The position numbers and the translations under genes were made by a program. Shown in pieces: positions 6,438-13,962 of a stretch of 32,307 bases of DNA. Below the pieces are notes generated by a model that was not told the DNA's origin, made no database searches, and was given only the letters and a program-made list of their open reading frames with translations. The stretch covers positions 1 through 32,307 of IMG/VR virus record IMGVR_UViG_3300038701_000231, one strand, 5' to 3'. Each line of letters opens with the position of its first letter. Position 1 is the stretch's first letter. The DNA is from a virus.

Positions 6438-6468
6438 AAAAAAAAAGGGATAACTTTTACATTATCCC
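6438..6468 (-). terminator. Intrinsic terminator after the SSB gene
   Basis: Minus strand: GGGATAA-tgtaaaag-TTATCCC followed by T9. Confidence 0.7.
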
Positions 6469-6484
6469 ATTTCTTCTAGGTAAA

Positions 6485-6772
6485 TTAAAAGGGCAAATCA
6501 TCAGTCGCTTCTTCTTTTACTTCTTCTTTTTCAGCATTGGTAATCTTGCCATCATTCCACACAACCTTACCGTTGCCTATGTAATCTTTTGGTTTCTTAG
6601 CTTCTCGCTCTTCTTTTGTTTGATTTACAAAAACACTTGTGTTGTTTCCGTATCTCGTTTCTTCGTTTACAGCCATAGTAAGGTTTACATAAACCGCACC
6701 ATCTTTTCCTGCTACAAACTTCTCTTTTGGTAGTTTATCTACTCTTAGGTTAAAATTGATAATTGCACTCAT
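6485..6772 (-). CDS. ssb: Small single-stranded DNA-binding protein (95 aa)
   Basis: Acidic C-terminal tip ...EEATDDLPF resembles the bacterial SSB DDDIPF tail. Sits in the replication/recombination neighbourhood. Confidence 0.55.
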   Translation of the reverse strand: MSAIINFNLRVDKLPKEKFVAGKDGAVYVNLTMAVNEETRYGNNTSVFVNQTKEEREAKKPKDYIGNGKVVWNDGKITNAEKEEVKEEATDDLPF

Positions 6773-6775
6773 AAT

Positions 6776-7177
6776 TTATAAAGTTTTAATTTCTGTTTTT
6801 TTAAATGATTCTGATTCATCTTCGGAATATATACCCAACTCATAAAATCCTGTTAATTTTAGCACTGCTCTACTCATTGCTCTTTTTTCTGCCATCTCGG
6901 CTATGTACCAAGAATTGGTATTCCCATCTTTGTAGTTTTCACCTTTTAAGGCACTTCCAAAGGTTTGTACTTCCTTTCCATCTTTTTCGGCATACGCTTT
7001 AAACACTGCGTAATTTGGCTCACATCTTACAACCTCGTAGTGAACGCTCATTTGTTCTAAGGCTTGTATTTTATCAATACCTTGTCTGGTAATGATTGTG
7101 TAGTGCTGATGCTTAAAAAAGTCATCTTTCGTTAGGTTGTATTTTTCATACAACTCTTTTAGTTTTTGTTTGTTCAT
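6776..7177 (-). CDS. Possible single-strand annealing protein (133 aa; Rad52/Erf-like C-terminal motif)
   Basis: AEMAEKRAMSRAVLKLTGFYELGIYSEDE resembles the K-R-A...LG..LY helix of Rad52/Sak/Erf-type SSAPs. Adjacent to the SSB gene. Confidence 0.3.
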   Translation of the reverse strand: MNKQKLKELYEKYNLTKDDFFKHQHYTIITRQGIDKIQALEQMSVHYEVVRCEPNYAVFKAYAEKDGKEVQTFGSALKGENYKDGNTNSWYIAEMAEKRAMSRAVLKLTGFYELGIYSEDESESFKKTEIKTL

Positions 7178-7323
7178 TGTTCTTTGTTTAAATTATTAAC
7201 TTCTATTATAGCTTCCAGAAATTCTACTTTCTTTTGTAGTTCTTCTGCTTTAGTTTCTAAGGCTTCAATCCTTGCGTTTAAATAATCCTGCATATTACGC
7301 TTTATATCTTCTGAATGTGTCAT
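7174..7323 (-). CDS. Small coiled-coil ORF (49 aa), not in the ORF track
   Basis: ATGA overlaps at both ends. Hand translation: MTHSEDIKRNMQDYLNARIEALETKAEELQKKVEFLEAIIEVNNLNKEQ. Confidence 0.5.
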   Translation of the reverse strand: MTHSEDIKRNMQDYLNARIEALETKAEELQKKVEFLEAIIEVNNLNKEQ

Positions 7324-7523
7324 ATCTCTTCAAAATAATCGTAAGCACTAAATGTATTTCCAAAAATAGAATGCATATCTATATAAGTACCGTAACTTAT
7401 GTTCTTAACGTATTCGTTGGATTCTAAATCGTCAGCAATGGATTCTGCTACGTTTGGGTGTTGTAAGTTAGCTTGTTCTAACTTCTCTCTGTAAACTGGT
7501 TTCAATCTGTCTAATAATGTCAT
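7320..7523 (-). CDS. Hypothetical protein (67 aa), first gene after the promoter
   Basis: ATG ORF 17 nt downstream of a -7 box. Confidence 0.6.
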   Translation of the reverse strand: MTLLDRLKPVYREKLEQANLQHPNVAESIADDLESNEYVKNISYGTYIDMHSIFGNTFSAYDYFEEI

Positions 7524-7539
7524 TGTAATTTGTTTTATA

Positions 7540-7572
7540 CAAATATAAATAAAAATAATTTATATAAACAAA
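7540..7572 (-). promoter_or_regulatory. Bacteroidetes-type promoter (TTTG-N21-TATATTTG)
   Basis: The minus strand reads TTTG (7572..7569), then 21 nt, then TATATTTG (7547..7540). Confidence 0.55.
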
Positions 7573-7580
7573 TAATTCAC

Positions 7581-7610
7581 AAAAAAAACCACCCTAATTT
7601 TTTAGAGTGG
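7581..7610 (-). terminator. Intrinsic terminator after ninG
   Basis: Minus strand: CCACTCT-aaaaaatt-AGGGTGG (7 bp including one G-U pair) followed by T8. Confidence 0.7.
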
Positions 7611-7704
7611 CTCTTTCCCGCTATTACTAAACAAAAAACAAAGACAATTTGTTATTTCAAAAATAGTAATTTTTTTTGAAGTTTAAGAATTAACTTATTA
7701 ACAT

Positions 7705-8106
7705 TTAAAAACTTTGTATTTTTTTTAGTTCTTTAAGTTTGGCAGTGTAAGTGTCATATATCTCTTGCCATTCTAGGTCTGTTAATTTTAAAACACTTTT
7801 TGATTTTATAAGTAGTTCCTGTGAAAGTTCTTCACCTAATACTATTGAATATTCATATTGCCGACCATACTCAAACCTATTACATTTTCGGCATTGTATA
7901 TGTACATTCCTTTCATCATATCTAGTAGCTAGGTGTTGCCTACCTATAAAGTGTCCTGCATCTGATTCTGTAAAGTGTATAGATTTACCGCAACTTATAC
8001 ACTCACCCATACCTGTATGGTTATCTACATCTCTACGTCTTATATATTCGTGGAACGGTTTATCAATTTTATTTTTCCAGTATTTTAAAGTCTTTTTTTT
8101 TGGCAT
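7705..8106 (-). CDS. ninG: NinG/Rap-family recombination endonuclease (133 aa from the ATG)
   Basis: CISCGK...DAGHFIGR...RYDERNVHIQCRKCN...G matches the lambda NinG pattern. The track start at 8121 is a TTG; the first ATG is at 8104..8106. Confidence 0.7.
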   Translation of the reverse strand: MPKKKTLKYWKNKIDKPFHEYIRRRDVDNHTGMGECISCGKSIHFTESDAGHFIGRQHLATRYDERNVHIQCRKCNRFEYGRQYEYSIVLGEELSQELLIKSKSVLKLTDLEWQEIYDTYTAKLKELKKIQSF

Positions 8107-8170
8107 AAGAATAGAGTGCAAATATTATATGTATAAACATATATATTATTAATTTTAAATATGTTTATAT

Positions 8171-8653
8171 TTATTTACATATATTTTTATTATGTTGTAT
8201 GTTGTATTTAGGAGTGAATAATTTAATATAGTAACTTTCATAATCTAATAATTCATCAGCAGAAATACCATAAGGTAATTTTTTCACTATATTCCAACTA
8301 TCAAAAATCTTTACATTTTCGCTTATATGTTGTTTAATTCTATTAATTACATTTGTAGAACGACCTATATAAACAATTTTATTCTTATTTATAAGACAAT
8401 AAACATAATAGTTAAATTTTAATTGATTTTTATTAGAAACCAGCTTATAATGTAGATTATCTTTTACCGTTTTCTTTTTTGGCATTAGCACCCCTTCATC
8501 TAAAGTACCTTTATTTATATAAAACCTTACATTGGTAAATCCTTTTTGATTTTTAATCCATTTTTTATATCTATCTCTTTCTAATTCATCAGAAAAATTT
8601 TTATATAATTTTTTTTCTTTACCATAATATTTATATTTAACTAAATATCTCAT
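8171..8653 (-). CDS. GIY-YIG homing-endonuclease-like protein (160 aa)
   Basis: YYVYCLINKNKIVYIGRSTNVINRIKQH...E...YNIQ (GIY-YIG, R, E and N positions). Free-standing between the lysis genes and ninG. Confidence 0.65.
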   Translation of the reverse strand: MRYLVKYKYYGKEKKLYKNFSDELERDRYKKWIKNQKGFTNVRFYINKGTLDEGVLMPKKKTVKDNLHYKLVSNKNQLKFNYYVYCLINKNKIVYIGRSTNVINRIKQHISENVKIFDSWNIVKKLPYGISADELLDYESYYIKLFTPKYNIQHNKNICK

Positions 8654-8736
8654 ATATTATTTGCTTTTGATATTGTCCAAATATCCCAATACCAAACCAC
8701 AAAAACAAATTTATTTAGTTAATTTTTTAAAAACAA

Positions 8737-9228
8737 TTACTTTTTCCAATTCTTTGTTACTTTCTCAACTGAACGCATCCCGAAGTAGCCTCCGTACACT
8801 AATAACAATAAAGAACTCAATAAATCAATCCAATTATCGCTTATTTTAAATCCATTTAAGGAACTATCTAATATTATATAAATAAATAATGTAGCTGTTA
8901 AGAATGCAAGGCTTAAAGGTCGTATATTCTTACTCAACCAACTATCCGAACTCATATCATATTGCCACCTCTTACTTATCTCTTGCATCTCTATAACGTC
9001 TTGCTCTAGTTCTGCTAGTAGTAGTTTTTTATCTACTTCTGTTATTTCTTTATCGTTTTCTATGATGTCTGATAGTCTTTTAAGCCCATCTATGCCTGTA
9101 ATCGTACCTGCGGCATCTAATATCTCTGGTGCAATAGTTTTACCTTGCTTAACTAACCACCTTAAAGCATTACCAACTCTTGTGCCTTTACCACCGTTTT
9201 TCCTTAACTTAGGGTTATCGCTCATCAT
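8737..9228 (-). CDS. Membrane protein with two C-terminal TM helices (163 aa); lysis-associated candidate
   Basis: LSLAFLTATLFIYIILD and LLSSLLLLVYGGYFG. Sits downstream of the endolysin gene. Confidence 0.45.
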   Translation of the reverse strand: MMSDNPKLRKNGGKGTRVGNALRWLVKQGKTIAPEILDAAGTITGIDGLKRLSDIIENDKEITEVDKKLLLAELEQDVIEMQEISKRWQYDMSSDSWLSKNIRPLSLAFLTATLFIYIILDSSLNGFKISDNWIDLLSSLLLLVYGGYFGMRSVEKVTKNWKK

Positions 9229-9418
9229 ATAATCGTTTTAATATAGCACAATGCTCATATAGTTCACTCTGCTCAAACACTTCTAAACAAGCCTTTAAAT
9301 CTTCTTTTGTAGCTTCTGGATGTGATGCCCATATTTCAAATTCTTTTAATGTTCTGAAATTCTTAACAAAATTTTCAGCTTGTATTATTTGTTCGTATCC
9401 TTTTTCTAGTTCGTCCAT
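9215..9418 (-). CDS. Hypothetical protein (67 aa)
   Basis: ATG ORF overlapping both neighbours. Confidence 0.55.
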   Translation of the reverse strand: MDELEKGYEQIIQAENFVKNFRTLKEFEIWASHPEATKEDLKACLEVFEQSELYEHCAILKRLYDER

Positions 9419-9777
9419 CTGGCTTTTGTTTTTCTGATGTCGTAATGCACAAAGGTATTGTACAAACCCAAACCACCTTGTAACATATCACCCCTATCTA
9501 TTAAATCTTCTATTATAGCAAACACCTCAACAGGTTTCATTCCGTTTATTCTTATGTCTGCTGCTTTACCTAACTTATGTTGACTTCTTGGGCTTCCACC
9601 TATTTTAGCGTTATGCGATTCGCATCTGTAAGCACTATTTATGTGAATAGGTTTACCTATGAAATCTCTTAAAATCTGTAATTGTGTGGCTAGTTTAACA
9701 ACGTTCTGGAAAACCTCAACAGGCATATCACACCCGCACTTACATTCAAATTCTTGTATTTTAAAGTTCTTTGTCAT
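9406..9777 (-). CDS. Endolysin, peptidase M15 (D-Ala-D-Ala carboxypeptidase-like) family (123 aa)
   Basis: SAYRCESHN...SQHKLGKAADI...FVHYD gives the H-x6-D...H zinc ligands of M15. Confidence 0.8.
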   Translation of the reverse strand: MTKNFKIQEFECKCGCDMPVEVFQNVVKLATQLQILRDFIGKPIHINSAYRCESHNAKIGGSPRSQHKLGKAADIRINGMKPVEVFAIIEDLIDRGDMLQGGLGLYNTFVHYDIRKTKARWTN

Positions 9778-9922
9778 TCTTATAATTACTATATGTCTTT
9801 TGTGCTGTGTATATAATAGAAGCTAACAATAAAAGTATTTTTAAAATGTTTTCAATATTCGTAAAACTAATACCTAATGCTAGTGTGTTAAGTAGGTAAA
9901 TTTTCAAATCGTTAAGTGTCAT
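9761..9922 (-). CDS. Holin candidate (53 aa, two hydrophobic segments), not in the ORF track
   Basis: Hand translation: MTLNDLKIYLLNTLALGISFTNIENILKILLLLASIIYTAQKTYSNYKNDKEL. ATGA overlap with the upstream gene, a 17-nt overlap with the endolysin start, and a charged C-terminus. Confidence 0.55.
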   Translation of the reverse strand: MTLNDLKIYLLNTLALGISFTNIENILKILLLLASIIYTAQKTYSNYKNDKEL

Positions 9923-10197
9923 ATTTTATTCTCTTTATAATCAACGCCATAGAAAGCGTGTATTCCATTCCCATCTACATTAGCAACTGCGTAACTTTTC
10001 CAACCATATGGATGGTCTTCTACGTTCCAAATTACGTCAACGTGGTATTTTTCACTAGGCTCACCGTTTATAATTATGTGACCTAACTTAACAATTGCTT
10101 CGTAATTCTCACTTAATTCTTCTATATTGTTGCTTAATGCTTCTATTTTTGAGATAGCTTGTGTCTCATTCACAAACTCATATTTTCCTATTTTCAT
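9919..10197 (-). CDS. Hypothetical protein of the fibre module (92 aa)
   Basis: ATG ORF with a 4-nt overlap. Confidence 0.55.
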   Translation of the reverse strand: MKIGKYEFVNETQAISKIEALSNNIEELSENYEAIVKLGHIIINGEPSEKYHVDVIWNVEDHPYGWKSYAVANVDGNGIHAFYGVDYKENKI

Positions 10198-11159
10198 ATG
10201 ATAGTTAATTGTATCGCTTCTTCTTCTGTTAACACAGTATTATAAAATCTTGTATCGTAAATTTTTCCCTCGAAATTATTAGTTGTACCATTTATCGAAG
10301 CAAAATTTAATTTAAACATTCCAGATGGTGCAGTTCCACTTGTACCAGTATCTTTCAATTCCCCATTAAAATACACTTTAAACTCATTGTCTTTGTAAGT
10401 TAAAAGAGTTTTATTTCTTTGATTTGCTGTAACACTTGTTATATTATAATCATAAATGAAAGCAGAGTTTAATCGGACTGATATTCCTATTGTGTCCTCT
10501 TCGTAAAAAAAAGAGATTAAATTATTAGTTGTACCATCAGATAAGGTAATTGGTGAAAATGAGCTTGATGGTGTGGCAAAATTTACAGCATCAATAAATA
10601 AACTTCCCTCATTGCCAGAAAAAACATCAATATCACCACCATCATTGCATATATCTTTTACTCTTGTTACAGCAGTTGAAGTTGTAGGTATATAGCTTGT
10701 AGGATAATCACCTAATTCTATTTGTGCATTTCTAACATCGCCAGTTACGGTAGTTGTTAAAGTACCAGCAGTAGCTGTAAATGTTAAAGTAACTTTTTCG
10801 TTATAACCTGTACCCGCTAACTCACCTGTGTAAGTTCCGGTAAATTCTAAACTTCCTGTACCGTAAAAAGAAACCGTATATTCTTCAGCAGATGTTGTAA
10901 CGTCTTGTGTTACTAATGTATCTGAATTAAGATATAAGTTAGTTCTAGTAGGTTCTAATAGTAAAACAGGACAGTTACTGTCTGAATAATCTAAACGTGG
11001 TACATCACTTGCTACTGTTTCAATAACACCGTCTTTGTTAATTCTTGTAGCAGATGAAGTTCTTTTAAATGTAAAATCCCCATCACCATTGTTTGGTAAT
11101 ACAGAGTAAACCTTATCTTGTTTATATCCGCTTGGTATTAGTGCTAATTTAGGCTTCAT
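10194..11159 (-). CDS. Tail fibre/spike protein with a C-terminal LamG/concanavalin-like domain (321 aa)
   Basis: The C-terminal FKVYFNGELKD...FEGKIYDTRFYNTVLTEEEAIQL is typical of Laminin-G-3 domains. Located in the fibre module. Confidence 0.5.
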   Translation of the reverse strand: MKPKLALIPSGYKQDKVYSVLPNNGDGDFTFKRTSSATRINKDGVIETVASDVPRLDYSDSNCPVLLLEPTRTNLYLNSDTLVTQDVTTSAEEYTVSFYGTGSLEFTGTYTGELAGTGYNEKVTLTFTATAGTLTTTVTGDVRNAQIELGDYPTSYIPTTSTAVTRVKDICNDGGDIDVFSGNEGSLFIDAVNFATPSSSFSPITLSDGTTNNLISFFYEEDTIGISVRLNSAFIYDYNITSVTANQRNKTLLTYKDNEFKVYFNGELKDTGTSGTAPSGMFKLNFASINGTTNNFEGKIYDTRFYNTVLTEEEAIQLTII

Positions 11160-11539
11160 CTTTTAATTTTATCTCGCTTTTTTATACGTTCTAATAGTAT
11201 TAATTCTCTTTCTTTATATGTATGCTTAGACATTATTAAATCAGTCGCTAAAGTGCTTATAACACCGCCTAAGATAGTTGTAAAAAGGTCATCTCTATTA
11301 AACCCTGTACCGTTAATATCCCAAACTTCCTTAAACGTACCAACTAAAGCAGATGAGCCTATTCCGTACCATATAGCGGTACTTCGTTTGCCTTTGCTTA
11401 GATTATAGCCTACCGTGTAGCCTAAACTTCCAAATCCTGCACCTGCTGCAAAATGCAATTGCTTGTCCTTTTCAAACCACTCTTGAGAGTTTGACAATAA
11501 AGGTAATAAAAATAATAATATACTAAATAACTTCTTCAT
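11156..11539 (-). CDS. Secreted/membrane protein with a cleavable signal peptide (127 aa)
   Basis: MKKLFSILLFLLPLLSNSQ, followed by Gly-rich hydrophobic segments. Confidence 0.5.
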   Translation of the reverse strand: MKKLFSILLFLLPLLSNSQEWFEKDKQLHFAAGAGFGSLGYTVGYNLSKGKRSTAIWYGIGSSALVGTFKEVWDINGTGFNRDDLFTTILGGVISTLATDLIMSKHTYKERELILLERIKKRDKIKR

Positions 11540-11726
11540 CTATTGTAATGTTACCCTCTAATAGTTTCGCTTCCCATTCAGCTTTGTCTGTATAGGTGTC
11601 AACTATCGGCTGTCCCGTGTTCATTGTTTGGTTTGGCTCTACGCTTCCGTAGGCTACGATTGTAAACGTATCATCTTCTCTACAGATGAAATACGTTGTT
11701 TGTTCTGGGTTCTTTATTGTGTTCAT
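11523..11726 (-). CDS. Hypothetical protein (67 aa)
   Basis: ATG ORF overlapping the downstream gene. Confidence 0.5.
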   Translation of the reverse strand: MNTIKNPEQTTYFICREDDTFTIVAYGSVEPNQTMNTGQPIVDTYTDKAEWEAKLLEGNITIDEEVI

Positions 11727-11737
11727 ATTGTTTTATT

Positions 11738-12832
11738 TTATGGTGTATACCCACCTGTTACTGTTATAGTCCAACCTTTACCTACTAAGCTATCTATTGC
11801 TGATTCACCTGTTGCTGATGGTGCTTGTCCGCCACTCTGTGTAAATGTACCGTTACTAACACCGCTTGTATCTAAACTTACAAGTATATCGTCTATTGAC
11901 TGTGTTGTTAGGTTGGTTGTATTGAATGCGTTTGAGTAGTTTGTAGCTATGTTAGTATCAAATGCGTTCGCAGGGAAGTTGGAAAGGCTTGAGCAACCAT
12001 TCCAAGAATTTAAAAAAGTAGTGCCACTACTTGTATCAATCAATGGGAATGTGGTTAGGGATGAACAACCAATCCAAGCAAAACTAAAATCAGTACCACT
12101 ACTTGTATCAATCAATGGAAATGATGTAAGGCTTGAGCAACCATTCCAAGAATATGAAAAAGTAGTGCCACTACTTGTATCTAACAAAGGAAACGATGTA
12201 AGGCTTGAGCAACCATTCCAAGCAAAAGAAATATTAATGCAACTACTTGTATCAATCAATGGGAATGTGGTTAGGGATGAACAACGAATCCAAGTTGCAA
12301 ATAAAGAGGTTGCGTTGCTGGTATCTATTAATGGAAATGATGTAAGGCTTGAGCAATCTGCCCAACTTCTAATAAAATTAGTAACACTACCAAAGTTACC
12401 ACTATCAGTTGCTGTTATTGTCATATTAGAACAACCATTAAAAGCACGTTCTTGACTGGTGCTACCCTGTGCGTAAGTACCAAAGTTGTCAATACTCATT
12501 AGCTTAGCCTTATCACCACTATTATTAAAGTATATACGTGGAAATGTACCAGTTATGCTTATTTGGTAAGTGCCACCTGTACTATAAACGTGGGTTACAT
12601 CACTACCGCTTGTTATCGTTTCACTAGTACCATCACCCCAAGCTATATCGAAGTTGTATGTTTCGCCACTTGCTAATGGTAGCACGAACGTATCTGATGC
12701 ACTTCCAGCTTGTGTGGTATCTACTGTTATTTTAAAGGCTTCGTCTGTTTGCAAGTCGTAATAAACATCACCCCAGCCATCTTTTACAGGATTTCCCCAC
12801 CAAGTTGTATCGTATATTTTACCGTAACTCAT
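11738..12832 (-). CDS. PKD-like + BspA/DUF285-type leucine-rich-repeat protein; receptor-binding protein candidate (364 aa)
   Basis: N-terminal FDIAWGDGTS...HVYSTGGTYQISITG is PKD-like. It is followed by seven 24-aa repeats, F.W.GCSSLTSFPLIDTS. Confidence 0.65.
   Translation of the reverse strand: MSYGKIYDTTWWGNPVKDGWGDVYYDLQTDEAFKITVDTTQAGSASDTFVLPLASGETYNFDIAWGDGTSETITSGSDVTHVYSTGGTYQISITGTFPRIYFNNSGDKAKLMSIDNFGTYAQGSTSQERAFNGCSNMTITATDSGNFGSVTNFIRSWADCSSLTSFPLIDTSNATSLFATWIRCSSLTTFPLIDTSSCINISFAWNGCSSLTSFPLLDTSSGTTFSYSWNGCSSLTSFPLIDTSSGTDFSFAWIGCSSLTTFPLIDTSSGTTFLNSWNGCSSLSNFPANAFDTNIATNYSNAFNTTNLTTQSIDDILVSLDTSGVSNGTFTQSGGQAPSATGESAIDSLVGKGWTITVTGGYTP
11951..12390 (-). repeat. 72-bp in-frame tandem repeats (about 6 units) encoding the LRR units
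   Basis: Near-identical units begin at about 12024, 12096, 12168, 12240 and 12312 (ccactacttgtatcaatcaatgg...). Confidence 0.85.
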
Positions 12833-12960
12833 TTTTCAGTCCATTTATTATAACAAATCGCAATAGCTTGGTCTTTGTCGTATTCTTTAATCGTTTTTTC
12901 GATGCACCTCTGCATAAATTCCCTTTGATTTTCCGTTGGTTTCGATTCTGGTATTGGCAT
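12829..12960 (-). CDS. Small Cys-containing ORF (43 aa), not in the ORF track
   Basis: Hand translation: MPIPESKPTENQREFMQRCIEKTIKEYDKDQAIAICYNKWTEK. ATGA overlap with the LRR gene. From memory, the F.xRC...Q..A.CY.KW pattern recurs in phage head-module proteins. Confidence 0.45.
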   Translation of the reverse strand: MPIPESKPTENQREFMQRCIEKTIKEYDKDQAIAICYNKWTEK

Positions 12961-13008
12961 CTATGTATTTTTTAAGTTTCTGTAAATTTGTTTTTTTTAT
13001 TTTGTACT

Positions 13009-13410
13009 TCATATCTTTTGGTAGTACATTAATTTATTTTCAACTGCGTGTTTAAAGTTTTCACTATTAGTAACCCACTCTAAATTTTCTACTCTATTAT
13101 CTGTTTTTACACAATTAATATGATTTACCTGTGGTTTGTTTTCATTATTTTTTATAAATTCTTTTGCTACTAATTGATGTACCAAATGATTTTTCTTTTT
13201 ACCATTTATATTTAATGAACATCTACAATAACCCTTTTTGGTAATCCAGAAAGGTACTAGTTTACCTTTATATGTAAATAGTCTTTTTTTTGTAATATCT
13301 TTAGGGTCTGTCCTTTCAATTTTTCTTGTTATACTTTTTACTCTACCTAAATTACTAACTTCATAATAGCCATTGTATCCACTTATTGGCTTCCAAATTT
13401 CTTTTTGCAT
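13009..13410 (-). CDS. HNH homing endonuclease (NUMOD4 + HNH_3) (133 aa)
   Basis: EIWKPISGYNGYYEVSNLGRVKS (NUMOD4) and HLVHQLVAKEF...VNHINCVKTDNRVENLEWVTNSEN (HNH). Confidence 0.85.
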   Translation of the reverse strand: MQKEIWKPISGYNGYYEVSNLGRVKSITRKIERTDPKDITKKRLFTYKGKLVPFWITKKGYCRCSLNINGKKKNHLVHQLVAKEFIKNNENKPQVNHINCVKTDNRVENLEWVTNSENFKHAVENKLMYYQKI

Positions 13411-13428
13411 ACGCTTTAAATTTATTTA

Positions 13429-13959
13429 TTATATAATTAATCCTAATAATGTTATCAAACTCAACACCCATCCGTTGTATGTTGTATCTCTATCTGGACT
13501 TATGTCCTCGTTAGTATTGCTGCTGTATTCTGGAAATAATGAATTGTTAAAGCATAAATATTCCACTAATCTGGTTGAGTAATAATTAGCATAATCCCTT
13601 GCCTTGCTTACTAAATAATCTACTTCGTTTTTATCCACGTTTTGAGCAGTTTCAGAACTATGTTTAAACACACCACCGTTTTTAATCTGATAGGCTGCAA
13701 ATGGTATATAGTTAGTTTGAGCAAACCAAATCAATGTAGGTTGAACATAATCATTTACTAAATTTAAATAATCACCGCTTAAGGTGTCGTTAATTATGTC
13801 TTCACTTATTTTGTTATATAAGTCCGTACCTAAAAGATTTTGAATGTCTATTTGCTGTGCAACCTTGATGAACTGAATGAATTTATCAGTATCTACGTTG
13901 CCGTCTATTATTGAGTTTTTAACTAAATCTGTTCTGTTTATAAATAATGCTACTGCCAT
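13429..13959 (-). CDS. Possible head-tail connector/adaptor protein (176 aa)
   Basis: Lies immediately downstream of the portal gene. The N-terminus resembles gp6-like connector openings. Weak call. Confidence 0.3.
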   Translation of the reverse strand: MAVALFINRTDLVKNSIIDGNVDTDKFIQFIKVAQQIDIQNLLGTDLYNKISEDIINDTLSGDYLNLVNDYVQPTLIWFAQTNYIPFAAYQIKNGGVFKHSSETAQNVDKNEVDYLVSKARDYANYYSTRLVEYLCFNNSLFPEYSSNTNEDISPDRDTTYNGWVLSLITLLGLII

Positions 13960-13962
13960 TTC

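Noticed and set aside
8093-8101. A9/T9 homopolymer right after the ninG start codon as a phase-variation or slippage switch.
   Set aside because: It simply encodes Lys-Lys-Lys. No alternative frame stays open downstream. In contrast, the T9 run at 26342..26350 has a long open -1 frame.
11951-12390. Regularly spaced 72-bp repeats that might look like a CRISPR array or a satellite.
   Set aside because: The repeats are contiguous with no unique spacers, in frame, and translate into canonical LRR units of a 364-aa protein. They are coding tandem repeats.
12935-12960. tRNA-like T-loop resemblance (ggtttcgattctgg), and a general search for tRNA genes in non-coding gaps.
   Set aside because: There is no GGTTCGAATCC-type T-arm with a matching acceptor stem. 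The segment is inside a small ORF. All gaps are too short or lack cloverleaf potential.
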